From contig CBDCRP010000003.1 of assembly GCA_965221165.1 (NCBI GenBank), positions 96,001 to 160,000 of the forward strand: DNA of 64,000 nt. Reading direction: 5' to 3'. Position 1 is the first letter of the stretch. Every line of letters begins with the position of its first letter. The position numbers and the translations under genes are program-made. The notes below the pieces were generated by a model that was not told the DNA's origin, searched no databases, and saw only the letters and a program-made list of their open reading frames with translations. Origin of the DNA: a bacterium (GTDB taxonomy: Bacteria > UBA8248). This document shows, piece after piece, positions 10,379-19,594 of the stretch.

Positions 10379-10790
10379 GCGTATTCCCGAAGCGCACTGG
10401 AAATCGGGGTTGGGACAAGGCGATCCGAGCAAATCGAATGATGCGCCGCACACCCCGTTACGACGCTGGCCCTGCCATCGAACAGGGCCTGGAACCGGCC
10501 CTGCAAAACCGCAACCCCCTCTCTTCTCAGTCAAAATTGATCCCCCACCGGCGTGACTGCGGGCTTGCGTCCTATATCCTGGAATCAAGATCAAGATAAG
10601 GAATATCGTTCTGAATGGATGAAAATATGTAAAAATTTGCAGTAGACCGGCAAAAATACATTTTCATCGAAAATAGAAATAATTATATATTTCAATTATT
10701 TACATATAATAGTTAAAGTATACAGACAAATATACTCGCTCATTTTCTCATTTTTGTTTCTTCAAGCCCCGTATTTACCCGCATTTAAGG

Positions 10791-10819
10791 TTGACTTCCC
10801 CAGAAAATATAAATAGAAT
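10791..10819 (+). promoter_or_regulatory. sigma70 promoter for the GntR-oxidoreductase operon
   Basis: TTGACT-N17-TAGAAT, preceded by an AT-rich, A-tract region. Confidence 0.7.
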
Positions 10820-10820
10820 C

Positions 10821-10858
10821 ATTGGTAGGACAATCCCATAATCCCTTTGTAGGATAAT
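10821..10858 (+). promoter_or_regulatory. Tandem FadR/GntR-type operator sites
   Basis: ATTGGTAGGACAAT (10821-10834) and a related TTTGTAGGATAAT (10846-10858) overlap the predicted transcription start. They resemble FadR-subfamily TGGT-N3-AC boxes. Confidence 0.55.
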
Positions 10859-10895
10859 ATGCGATTCTGAGGGACGTGAATAAGAGGAACTCTGT

Positions 10896-11636
10896 ATGCC
10901 CATTGCCGGCAGACTACATACGGTAAAGAAAACACGCGTCTATGAGGCCATTGTCGAGCAACTCACGGCATTGATACTCGAAGGCGAAATCAAATCCGGC
11001 GACAAGCTGCCATCCGAACGAGAGCTGTGCGAGCAATTCGGCGTTGGCCGCAACTCGGTTCGGGAAGCCACGCGCTCACTGGAATCCGCCAGACTCGTCG
11101 AGACGAGGCAGGGGGAAGGCACGTTCGTCACGGCGCACCCGGAATCTATGATCCACATTATTTCCGAAAAAGTCTCCTCCGATGCGGAAAGCGGCATCCA
11201 CCATATTTTCGAGGCGCGCATGGTCCTGGAGCCTCAAATTGTCGCTTTGGCGGCCGAGCGTGTGACAAACGCGGAAATGAAAAAACTGGAAAACACGCTT
11301 CAGCAACAACTCGATGCGGTGGAAGGCGGAGGCCTCGGCTTAGAGGAAGACACGCAATTTCACCTGGGCCTTGCCAAGTCTGCCCAAAATGAATTTTTGC
11401 ACCATCTACTGAGTAGCTTGCTTAATTCCCTGAGTGAGATGCGCGAACGCTCGCTTCGTAATAAAAGCGTGCGCTTTCGCTCATGGGAAGCGCATCAGAA
11501 AATTCTGGATGCCATCTTGACGAAAGACAGGAATCGGGCTATTGCCGCAATGATCAGCCACCTGGTGGAGATTGAGGGCAACGAGGTCGAATCCCATCTG
11601 AATCTGGAACAGCAGGCGCATATGGAATCTGTATAA
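10896..11636 (+). CDS. GntR family transcriptional regulator, FadR subfamily (FCD domain)
   Basis: GDKLPSERELCEQFGVGRNSVREA wHTH; FEARMVLE, DTQFH and HQKILDAI. Confidence 0.93.
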   Translation: MPIAGRLHTVKKTRVYEAIVEQLTALILEGEIKSGDKLPSERELCEQFGVGRNSVREATRSLESARLVETRQGEGTFVTAHPESMIHIISEKVSSDAESGIHHIFEARMVLEPQIVALAAERVTNAEMKKLENTLQQQLDAVEGGGLGLEEDTQFHLGLAKSAQNEFLHHLLSSLLNSLSEMRERSLRNKSVRFRSWEAHQKILDAILTKDRNRAIAAMISHLVEIEGNEVESHLNLEQQAHMESV

Positions 11637-11725
11637 ATCGATTTTCGAGGAATTACGGCTTTAAGTGGAATACGCTTTAAGGAAAAAGTCCAACTTCATC
11701 AACTCCAAAGTGGGGGGTATCGAAT

Positions 11726-12913
11726 GTGAGTGTAATATCATTTGAAGTAATCTACAGAGGGATTTTTCAGAAAAGCCTTGCAGTGAAAATTTCACGGTCC
11801 TTGATTCTCGCGGCCGTGAAAGAAGGAAAGCCGGGCATCTCCTTCGGGCGCTACAGCGATTCGCCCGAGCGCAACGGAATTCCGGCCAAGCAGTTCGGCT
11901 ACATCGCGGACAACGAAGAAGAGCTCGAGTCCGTGGCTGCGCAATACGAGCCGAAGCAGGTGGATATCTCCATCTGCGTGGACGATACGCTTTGTAAGGG
12001 CGTGGAGTCCTGGGCATGGTACGGTCTTCAGCCCATCAACGCCGTCACGAAGCCCGGCGGCACGCTGATAGTCACGTCCAACCAGAAAGAAGACGAACTG
12101 GTCAAGCATATCCACCGCAGGGAAACGCCTTATAAGCTCGCGATCATCCCTGGTGAGGCGAGCTTCGCCGGCCTTTGGGTGTACAAGAACGACGGCACGG
12201 ACGCGCGCTGCCTGGGCGCGGCCCTCAAGGCCGAGCCCACCATGTGCTCCATCGCATCTCTGGAGTCGGCGATTCGCGAGAACATCGGCACGGAAACGCA
12301 CGTCGAAGCCGCGCGCGAAGTCTATGAAGACTTGCGCCCCGTCGAAATCGAACCGGGCGAAGGCAACGACGAGGTGCCCTTCACCTTCGAACTCCTCAAG
12401 TGGCACGAAATGCGCCAGGGCGTCGTCATCGACGGCGTAGGAGGCCACGAGGGCTTCAGGGGCGGCGAGGATGGTTATGAGCCGGGAAGAAACCCCTACT
12501 TCAAGAAGTGGTCGACCCGGACGATGCGCCCGGTGCTATCCTTTGACAAATGCACCAAGTGCACTCTGTGCTGGGTCGCGTGCCCGGACACCTGTTTCGA
12601 CGTCACGCCTGACGGCTTCTTTGACGCCAACATGGAAGCCTGCTGCGGCTGCGGCGTTTGTGAAGCCATCTGCCCCGTCCCAGACTGCATCACGATGGTG
12701 AACGAAGTCGTTTTCGATGAACGCGACAGCCAGTGGCAGATGTGGCAGGAGAACAAGGAAGATTACGACAAGTACATGGACGAGAAAATCAGCACCGGCA
12801 AGATAGAAGGTCGTCATCCGATCACAGGCCTTGCCGGAGCTTTTTCGGGAGTAGGCCTCGCAACGGGCCACAACCCGGAAACGGCGAAAATCAAACCTCT
12901 AAAAGATCTTTAA
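11726..12913 (+). CDS. 2-oxoacid:ferredoxin oxidoreductase fused gamma+delta subunit (oxalate oxidoreductase delta-like)
   Basis: N-terminal gamma-type domain (YSDSPER, DDTL). C-terminal 2x[4Fe-4S] motifs CTKCTLCWVACP and CCGCGVCEAICP. Confidence 0.85.
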   Translation: MSVISFEVIYRGIFQKSLAVKISRSLILAAVKEGKPGISFGRYSDSPERNGIPAKQFGYIADNEEELESVAAQYEPKQVDISICVDDTLCKGVESWAWYGLQPINAVTKPGGTLIVTSNQKEDELVKHIHRRETPYKLAIIPGEASFAGLWVYKNDGTDARCLGAALKAEPTMCSIASLESAIRENIGTETHVEAAREVYEDLRPVEIEPGEGNDEVPFTFELLKWHEMRQGVVIDGVGGHEGFRGGEDGYEPGRNPYFKKWSTRTMRPVLSFDKCTKCTLCWVACPDTCFDVTPDGFFDANMEACCGCGVCEAICPVPDCITMVNEVVFDERDSQWQMWQENKEDYDKYMDEKISTGKIEGRHPITGLAGAFSGVGLATGHNPETAKIKPLKDL

Positions 12914-12926
12914 CAGGAGCTAAACG

Positions 12927-14144
12927 ATGGCGACAGCAATCGAACAACAACAAGGTGCAGGAGTTCATCTCCTCACCGGAAGCGAGGTCATGGCTCATAT
13001 CTGCCGCCTCGCCGACGTCGATGTCATCACGGCCTATCCCATCCGGCCGTATGACACCGTGATGCAGTATGTGTCCAAATTTATCGCAGAGGGCGATTTC
13101 GACGCCGACTATATTCCGGCGGAAAGCGAGCACGGCCAGTTCGAGATCGTCAAACACGCCTCGGCTTGCGGAGCGCGGGTGTTCACGGGTTCGAGCGGAG
13201 TGGGGTGGCTCTATGCGATGGAGCCGCTCGCCGTTACGGCCGGCCTGAGACTGCCCATGGTGGCCCTGGTCGGCTGCCGCGCGCTCGATGACCCCGGCGC
13301 ATTCGGCACCGAGCACAACGACGCCATGCTCGTTCGCGATTTGGGCTGGATGATCAACTTCCCGGACACGGCGCAGGAAGTCATCGAGCTCGGGCTTCTG
13401 GCATATCGCGTCGCCGAGGACCCGAGAGTCTTTCTGCCGTGCGCCATCGCGATGGACGGAGCGTTCCTGACCCACAGCCAGGCGACCGTGCGGCTGCCCG
13501 GCCAGGATGAAGTCAACGCATTCCTGCCTCCCTACGACAGGGGAGACCTGCTCCTTCACCCCGACAACCCCATCACCATCGCGCCGCAGGCGAATGAAGA
13601 CTGGCTCATGGAAGTCAGGCGACAAAGCAGCGAAGCGGCGAAAAACTCCTATACCGTGCTCAAGGAAGCCCACGCCGATTTCAGTAAAACTTTCGGCGTG
13701 AACACGAATCCCTTCCTCGATGAGTACATGACCGAGGATGCCGACATCGTGCTTTGCGGCGTAGGAACACTGAGTCTGCCGGTGAAAGTCGCCATTCGCG
13801 AAATGCGCAAGGAAGGCAAGAAAGTCGGCATGGTTCGCCTGAAATGGTTCCGCCCCTTCCCGACGGAAGAGTTGCGCGCATCGCTCTCGCGCTTCAAGGC
13901 GGTGGGCGTCATTGACCGCGACTATTCCTTTGGTTCACCCTATCACGGTGGAATCGTGTACAATGAAGTGAAAGCCGCCATGTACGGGGCGGACAAGGCG
14001 CCTCACATGAAAGGATTCGTATGCGGCCTCGGCGGCCGTGAGGTGCTGCTCGAAGACGTCAAACAGATGGCCGACAAGGTCATTTCCATGGGTCAGAACG
14101 ACACGGCCGACAACGAAGTCGACTGGATCGGAGTGAGGGGATAA
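12927..14144 (+). CDS. 2-oxoacid:ferredoxin oxidoreductase alpha subunit (oxalate oxidoreductase-like)
   Basis: YPIRP (not YPITP), ESEH, ARVFTGSSGVG, FRPFP and GLGGR. Confidence 0.9.
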   Translation: MATAIEQQQGAGVHLLTGSEVMAHICRLADVDVITAYPIRPYDTVMQYVSKFIAEGDFDADYIPAESEHGQFEIVKHASACGARVFTGSSGVGWLYAMEPLAVTAGLRLPMVALVGCRALDDPGAFGTEHNDAMLVRDLGWMINFPDTAQEVIELGLLAYRVAEDPRVFLPCAIAMDGAFLTHSQATVRLPGQDEVNAFLPPYDRGDLLLHPDNPITIAPQANEDWLMEVRRQSSEAAKNSYTVLKEAHADFSKTFGVNTNPFLDEYMTEDADIVLCGVGTLSLPVKVAIREMRKEGKKVGMVRLKWFRPFPTEELRASLSRFKAVGVIDRDYSFGSPYHGGIVYNEVKAAMYGADKAPHMKGFVCGLGGREVLLEDVKQMADKVISMGQNDTADNEVDWIGVRG

Positions 14145-14146
14145 TC

Positions 14147-15175
14147 ATGGCGGAAACTTCTGAATACAACATCGGAACACAGGAACTTCCCTTGATGGGG
14201 AAAGTGAACGCCATTCCCCAAAAAGCGGTGGAAGAGTATTTCACCAGCGGGCACAGAACGTGCCAGGGCTGTGAGAGCGCGCTCATCATGCGTCTCATGG
14301 CCAAGGCGGCGGGCCCTCGTTCCATCATCCTGGGCAGCACGGGCTGCATGTACGTGGCGAACACCACGTACTACAGCACCCCCTGGGTGGTGCCGTGGAT
14401 GCACACGCAGTTGGGTTCCTCGGGTTCGGCCGCAACGGGAACGGCGGCGGCTCTCCGCGCATTGATGCGCAAGGGCAAGATGAAGGAAGAGCCGATAAAC
14501 GTCATCGCCTTCTGCGGAGACGGCGGCGGCATCGACATGGGCGTGTCGTCCATTTCCGCGGCGCTGATGCACGCGAAGTACAATCTGGCGATCATCTGCT
14601 ACGACAACGAGTCGTACGCGAACACGGACATCCAGATTTCGGGCGCATCCCCCTGGGGCGCCAACACGACGTTCACGCCTCCGGGCAAGAAGTTCCGTAT
14701 CATGCACGATTGCTGGAAGAAGAACATCGCCGCCATGTACGCCGTTGGACACGTACGCTGCAACTACGTGGCGACTGCGGATGCCTCATATCCCGCGGAT
14801 CTGATCGACAAGGTCCGCAAAGCCCTGGCCGTCAAGGGGCCGGCGTTCGTGCACACGCTCGACCCCTGCCCGAAGGGTTGGGACTACGACCCCTTCTACT
14901 CCCATAAACTCGGCGAATTGGCCGTGGAAACCGGATTGTTCCCCCTCTGGGAGATGACGGACGGGGCGCTCACCTATACGGGCATTTCCGCCCGTCAGGT
15001 GTATGGCAAACGCTCCCGCAAGCCCGTGCGCGAGTATCTCGAGACGCAGGGCCGCTTCCACCATTTCCTAGATGAAGATTTTGAATTCTTCCAGGGGGAA
15101 GTCGATAAAATGTGGAACGACTGGATGGTTCCCGGCGTGATTCCCTTCAAGGTGAATGACCCGAGCAAAAAGTAA
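14147..15175 (+). CDS. 2-oxoacid:ferredoxin oxidoreductase beta subunit (TPP-binding)
   Basis: GHRTCQGC, TGCMYVAN, GDGG...YDNESYANT and PCPKGW. Confidence 0.92.
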   Translation: MAETSEYNIGTQELPLMGKVNAIPQKAVEEYFTSGHRTCQGCESALIMRLMAKAAGPRSIILGSTGCMYVANTTYYSTPWVVPWMHTQLGSSGSAATGTAAALRALMRKGKMKEEPINVIAFCGDGGGIDMGVSSISAALMHAKYNLAIICYDNESYANTDIQISGASPWGANTTFTPPGKKFRIMHDCWKKNIAAMYAVGHVRCNYVATADASYPADLIDKVRKALAVKGPAFVHTLDPCPKGWDYDPFYSHKLGELAVETGLFPLWEMTDGALTYTGISARQVYGKRSRKPVREYLETQGRFHHFLDEDFEFFQGEVDKMWNDWMVPGVIPFKVNDPSKK

Positions 15176-15206
15176 GTGATTCGCCAGTACGTTCGTTAGA
15201 AGTTTC

Positions 15207-15238
15207 GGGGCGGGGTCCGAAAGGGCCCCGCTCTTTTT
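15207..15238 (+). terminator. Rho-independent terminator
   Basis: GCGGGGTCC-GAAA-GGGCCCCGC followed by TCTTTTT. Confidence 0.8.
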
Positions 15239-15275
15239 CGCTCACGCCTGAGCGCACGAATACAAAGAGACGAAG

Positions 15276-16166
15276 ATGAACGAAGTGAGGGAAACGAAAA
15301 AAGGGAAAGATGGATCTGCGATGGCGCATGTGCCCGCCGGCCCGTTCCTGATGGGTTCGGACATCGGGAACGCGGATGAGCGCCCCCAGCGCGAGGTCAC
15401 GCTCGACGCTTTCTGGATCGACAAATACTGCGTGACGAACGCGCTATACCGCGCTTTCCTGGAGGAAACCGAAGCGTTTCCCCCGCCTCCGTCATTCTCG
15501 AAAGATGATTTCGTGGGGCCGGAACAGCCGATAGTCAGCATAAGCTGGGAGGAGGCGAACGCCTACGCCCGCTGGGTGGGCAAGCGCCTGCCGACCGAGG
15601 CGGAGTGGGAGAAAGCCTCTCGCGGAACGGATGGCCGCAAGTATCCATGGGGTGAGGATGAGCCCTCCTATGAGCGAGCCGTTTACGCGAGCATTGATAT
15701 TCACCGCCCCGGAAACGTAGATGCGCACGAAGAAAGCGCCTCTCCCTACAATTGCGTACAGATGGCGGGAAACGTCTTCGAGTGGGTATCGGACTGGTTC
15801 GATGGATTCTATTACCAGACGGGTCCGTCGGAGAATCCCCGGGGGCTCGAAAAGCCGACCTTCGAGGTGGCGATGGCGCGGGTTCCCGTATTCGCCGTTC
15901 CGGGCGGGGGCACCCTGAGCATGGGTGAAGTCAAACGGGGCGAGCGCTATGAAATCTTACAGCGCGACGAGGACAGCTACAAGATTCTCTTTGGAAACAC
16001 CGAGGGCTGGCTCCCGCGCAGGGCAGGGTACGCCTGGACGGCGAAAGTCGCCCGGGGCTGCGGGTGGGATTACATAGAAGATAGCTTGCGGTGTTCGGCG
16101 AGAGAGGGTTTTGAGCCCTGGTACAAGAATTTCAACATCGGCTTTAGGTGCGCGATGGACGCGTAA
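15276..16166 (+). CDS. FGE-sulfatase (SUMF1/EgtB/PvdO) domain protein with an inserted SH3b-like segment
   Basis: VPAGPFLMGS, KRLPTEAEWEKASRG, MAGNVFEW and NIGFRC. The insert is VPVFAVPG...VKRGERYEILQRDEDSYKILFGNTEGWL. Confidence 0.85.
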   Translation: MNEVRETKKGKDGSAMAHVPAGPFLMGSDIGNADERPQREVTLDAFWIDKYCVTNALYRAFLEETEAFPPPPSFSKDDFVGPEQPIVSISWEEANAYARWVGKRLPTEAEWEKASRGTDGRKYPWGEDEPSYERAVYASIDIHRPGNVDAHEESASPYNCVQMAGNVFEWVSDWFDGFYYQTGPSENPRGLEKPTFEVAMARVPVFAVPGGGTLSMGEVKRGERYEILQRDEDSYKILFGNTEGWLPRRAGYAWTAKVARGCGWDYIEDSLRCSAREGFEPWYKNFNIGFRCAMDA

Positions 16167-16214
16167 AACCCATTTCCTTCTGAAACCGGATGAAGCGCGA
16201 CATGCCCCGGTTGA

Positions 16215-17741
16215 TCAGGCCGAAGCGCCTCTACGAGAAATTCTGAATTTGAAAATCATGGGCAGCAGCGGGATGAAGAACAGGAGGGCGGAAACCATCA
16301 TCAATGCGGCGGCTATCGGGTGGTCTGCGAAGTCGAAGAAAATTCCGGGGCTGCCGTGGCTCATGATCATGCTCTGACGGAAAGTACGCTCCGTAAGACC
16401 CCCCAGCACCAGGGCCAACACCATCGGGGCGAGGGGATAATCCAGCTTGCGGAACACGTAGCCGATCGCGCCGAAAATGAACATCAGATACACGTCGAAC
16501 ATATCCTGGGTCGGCGAGAATCCACCCACCGCGCAGACGACCAGAATTATCGGAGCCAGAATCGTCATGGGCATTCTGAGCATCCAGATGAAGAGGGGAA
16601 CGGCGAAAATCGCGACGATGACCGCCATCGTGTTCGCGATATAGAGACTCCCCGTAAGGCCCCAGACGAACTCCGCGTTTTCGACGAACAGCCGGGGGCC
16701 CGGCACGAGGCCCCACACGAACAAGGCGCCGAGCATCACCGCCGTCGTCGGGGAGCCTGGAATTCCCAGCGTCAGCATGGGAAGCATGGAGCCCGTGCTC
16801 GCCGCGTTGTTGGCGCACTCGGGCGCGGCCACTCCCTCAATGGTGCCTTTGCCGAATTCGTCCTTATTTTTTGAAAACCTCTTCGCGATGCTGTAACTCA
16901 TGAAACTCGCAGGCGTCGCGCCGGCGGCGGGAAGCATGCCGACGAAAAACCCCAAAAGAGAACCTCGCAAAATGGTGGGGGAGTATTGCGAAAGGTCCTT
17001 CAAGGTCGAGATGACCTCCTTGATGCCGAGTTTGGCCTGGTAGCGCTCTTTTGTCTTGAACCCTTCTTCCAGGGTGTAGAAAATCTCACCGACGCCATAA
17101 ATCCCAATCGCCAGGACGAGGAAATTGATGCCGTGATAAAAACCCGTAATGCCTCCGAAGATCAGGCGCGGCGAGCCGCTCACGATGTCGGTGCCGACGG
17201 TCGACATGAGCAGACCGAGCATGGTGGCGATGAGCGTCTTGAGGGGGCTTTCCCCGCCCAATCCTGCAAACGTGGCGTACGCCAGCAGCACGACGGCGAA
17301 CTCTTCGGGCGGGCCGAAACGCAAGGCGAATTCAGCCAAAGGCGGTGCGAAGAAAGTGAAGAGGACGATGGATATCGTTCCGCCTATGAAACTGGCCACT
17401 GCCGCAGTCACAAGGGCATCGGCGGCTTTCCCTTTTCTCGCTAACGGGTAGCCGTCGAAAGTAGTCGCAACAGCCGTGGACGCTCCCGGGATATTCAGGG
17501 TGATCGAACTGATGGCGCCGCCGTACATGGCCCCGTAATAGATGGCGGCCAGGAAGATAATGGCGCTGGTAGGCGGAACCGCAAATGTAATGGGCAAGAG
17601 GATGGCGACGCCGTTCACGGAGCCCAACCCGGGCATCGCGCCAATGGCGATGCCCAAAACGACGCCGAACAGCGCCATCAAAAGATTTTGAGGCGAAAGC
17701 GCAATGCCCAGACCGTAAAATAGATTTCCGAGAATCTCCAA
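16215..17741 (-). CDS. tctA: Tripartite tricarboxylate transporter large membrane subunit
   Basis: GAMPGLG, YYGAMYGGAISSI, APECANNA and LTLGIPGS. Confidence 0.93.
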   Translation of the reverse strand: MEILGNLFYGLGIALSPQNLLMALFGVVLGIAIGAMPGLGSVNGVAILLPITFAVPPTSAIIFLAAIYYGAMYGGAISSITLNIPGASTAVATTFDGYPLARKGKAADALVTAAVASFIGGTISIVLFTFFAPPLAEFALRFGPPEEFAVVLLAYATFAGLGGESPLKTLIATMLGLLMSTVGTDIVSGSPRLIFGGITGFYHGINFLVLAIGIYGVGEIFYTLEEGFKTKERYQAKLGIKEVISTLKDLSQYSPTILRGSLLGFFVGMLPAAGATPASFMSYSIAKRFSKNKDEFGKGTIEGVAAPECANNAASTGSMLPMLTLGIPGSPTTAVMLGALFVWGLVPGPRLFVENAEFVWGLTGSLYIANTMAVIVAIFAVPLFIWMLRMPMTILAPIILVVCAVGGFSPTQDMFDVYLMFIFGAIGYVFRKLDYPLAPMVLALVLGGLTERTFRQSMIMSHGSPGIFFDFADHPIAAALMMVSALLFFIPLLPMIFKFRISRRGASA

Positions 17742-17821
17742 CTCATTCAGTCCTTAGGACAAACCTTGCCCCCGTGATGACAGCGATTCCCCAAGGGCGG
17801 GCAAAGGAAATGGTTGAATAA

Positions 17822-18313
17822 TCAATTCCAGTAAAACAAGAACTCCAGATATCCTTTTGGCAGAGGGATAATCAAAAATTTTTCGAAAATGTAATACACC
17901 ACGACAGGGACGCCTATCGCTACGGCAACACTCGTCCTGAATCTGTGATGTCCCACCACGAACAGACAATAAAAGAGGAAAAGAGCAGACGAGAAATACA
18001 CGGAAATAACGGTGATCAGTAGAATCATGATCATTCCGGGAAGGCCGACACGCATCAAATCGTGCAGACCTTCCCTGCTCATAAAAATTCCTGAACCCTC
18101 GCCAGTTGATTTATTCCGGTGGGAGAAAAACAGCGATTCCAGCAATACGAGCAACGACACGCCGGCTATCCCCAAAGAGAGCCAGAAGGGGAGGAACCCC
18201 CCTCCTGGCCCTTCTTTTGGAAGAATGCCGACAGGCAGTTCCGTAGATTTCCAGGCGACGCCAAGGCATACGAGAATCAGACCAATGGCGACAATCCTAT
18301 CCGCCCGCTGCAT
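17822..18313 (-). CDS. tctB: Tripartite tricarboxylate transporter small membrane subunit
   Basis: GPGGGFLPFW and a C-terminal FLIIPLPKG; lies between tctC and tctA. Confidence 0.88.
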   Translation of the reverse strand: MQRADRIVAIGLILVCLGVAWKSTELPVGILPKEGPGGGFLPFWLSLGIAGVSLLVLLESLFFSHRNKSTGEGSGIFMSREGLHDLMRVGLPGMIMILLITVISVYFSSALFLFYCLFVVGHHRFRTSVAVAIGVPVVVYYIFEKFLIIPLPKGYLEFLFYWN

Positions 18314-18330
18314 CTAAATTCTTCTCCAAG

Positions 18331-19335
18331 CTAATTCTTCAGCAAACCCATACCCATGAGCAGCTTCTTATGCTTTGCGTCCTCGGAGGCGAAGAATTTG
18401 CCCAGAGGAGCGCCACTCAGGCAAGCGCGATTCAGGGCCTTCTTTTCCGTATAGGTTTTCCATTCCCCGGAAGCGCACAACTTGGAGAATAAATCGCTAT
18501 ACCATTTCAGGGCATCCTTGGGGATGCCGCCGGGCGCGGTGATGCTGCGCTGCATGAAATACACGAGTTGCGGCTGGCCCATTTCCTTGAAAGTAGGGAC
18601 TTCCTTGAAAGCGGGAATCCGCGCCGGGGTCAGTGCGGCGATCGGCCGCATTTTGCCGGGATAGTGCGGCAGACCCTCGGATGGGTTGTTCACCGTCGAA
18701 TCGACATGCCCGCCGGCGAGATTTTTCGCCACGGTGCCGCCGCCACGGAAGGGCACGTAGGTGATCATGCCTTCTATGCCATACGCCTGCATCAGCATGT
18801 TGGTGACGAGTTGGTCTTCCTGCATCTTGCCCGTGCCGCCCATCGTCCATTTGCCCTTTTTGGCTTTCACGGCCTTCACGAAATCATCCATATTCTTGAT
18901 GCCTGACTTCGGGTTCACCCAGAGGAGAAAGGTGTCCATGGCCAGCCGGTAGACCGGCGTGAGTTTCGTGTAGTTCACCGGCAGCTTCCTCAAGGCCGGG
19001 GTGGTGAAAAAACTGTTCAACGTGACGAGAATCACGTGCGGGTTTCCTTTTTTCGAGAGCAGATAAAGCATCGCCTCGGCGCCGGACCCGCCTTTCTTGT
19101 TGATGGGCACCAGGGGCTGGGGCGACCATTTGTTCTGCGTGACGATTTTTTGCATGAGACGGGCGATGCGGTCCGCGCCGCCGCCTTTACCCGCCATGAT
19201 GATGAACTCAATCGGCCGCGACGGCTTCCATGCCGCGAGAGCCTGTGTGGTCCCCAGCGCAACCGTGATGAATAACGTCAGCGCGAGGGTGAGGAACGGA
19301 ATAGCGCATCTCGAAACTTTCGGCGATTTCATCAT
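18331..19335 (-). CDS. tctC: Tripartite tricarboxylate transporter substrate-binding protein (Bug/TctC)
   Basis: Signal peptide, GGGADRIAR, NKKGGSG, YVPFRGGG and VPTFKE. Confidence 0.92.
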   Translation of the reverse strand: MMKSPKVSRCAIPFLTLALTLFITVALGTTQALAAWKPSRPIEFIIMAGKGGGADRIARLMQKIVTQNKWSPQPLVPINKKGGSGAEAMLYLLSKKGNPHVILVTLNSFFTTPALRKLPVNYTKLTPVYRLAMDTFLLWVNPKSGIKNMDDFVKAVKAKKGKWTMGGTGKMQEDQLVTNMLMQAYGIEGMITYVPFRGGGTVAKNLAGGHVDSTVNNPSEGLPHYPGKMRPIAALTPARIPAFKEVPTFKEMGQPQLVYFMQRSITAPGGIPKDALKWYSDLFSKLCASGEWKTYTEKKALNRACLSGAPLGKFFASEDAKHKKLLMGMGLLKN

Positions 19336-19594
19336 ATTCCCTCCTTTTTATGCTGCGGAATGCTGCGCCTGCTACAGCGAAAACGATCCCATCACCGGTT
19401 GATGATTGAAAAAACGATTTCACTACTCTTATCAACGGCGGAACGTTTCAAAAAGTACTCTTTCATAGCGGCTATGATTCCTTGCATTTTACCACGAAGC
19501 AACATGCTTCTCAACGACGCGATTTTCGACTATGACCCGTAAAATAGTGGTAATTGCATTATCAACTCCGTATGAAGCGGAAAAACGATTGCGT

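Noticed and set aside
10525-10550. AAAATTGATCCCCC resembling an IS21-type terminal repeat
   Set aside because: There is no partner inverted repeat, target duplication or transposase; it is better explained as part of the dispersed repeat remnant.
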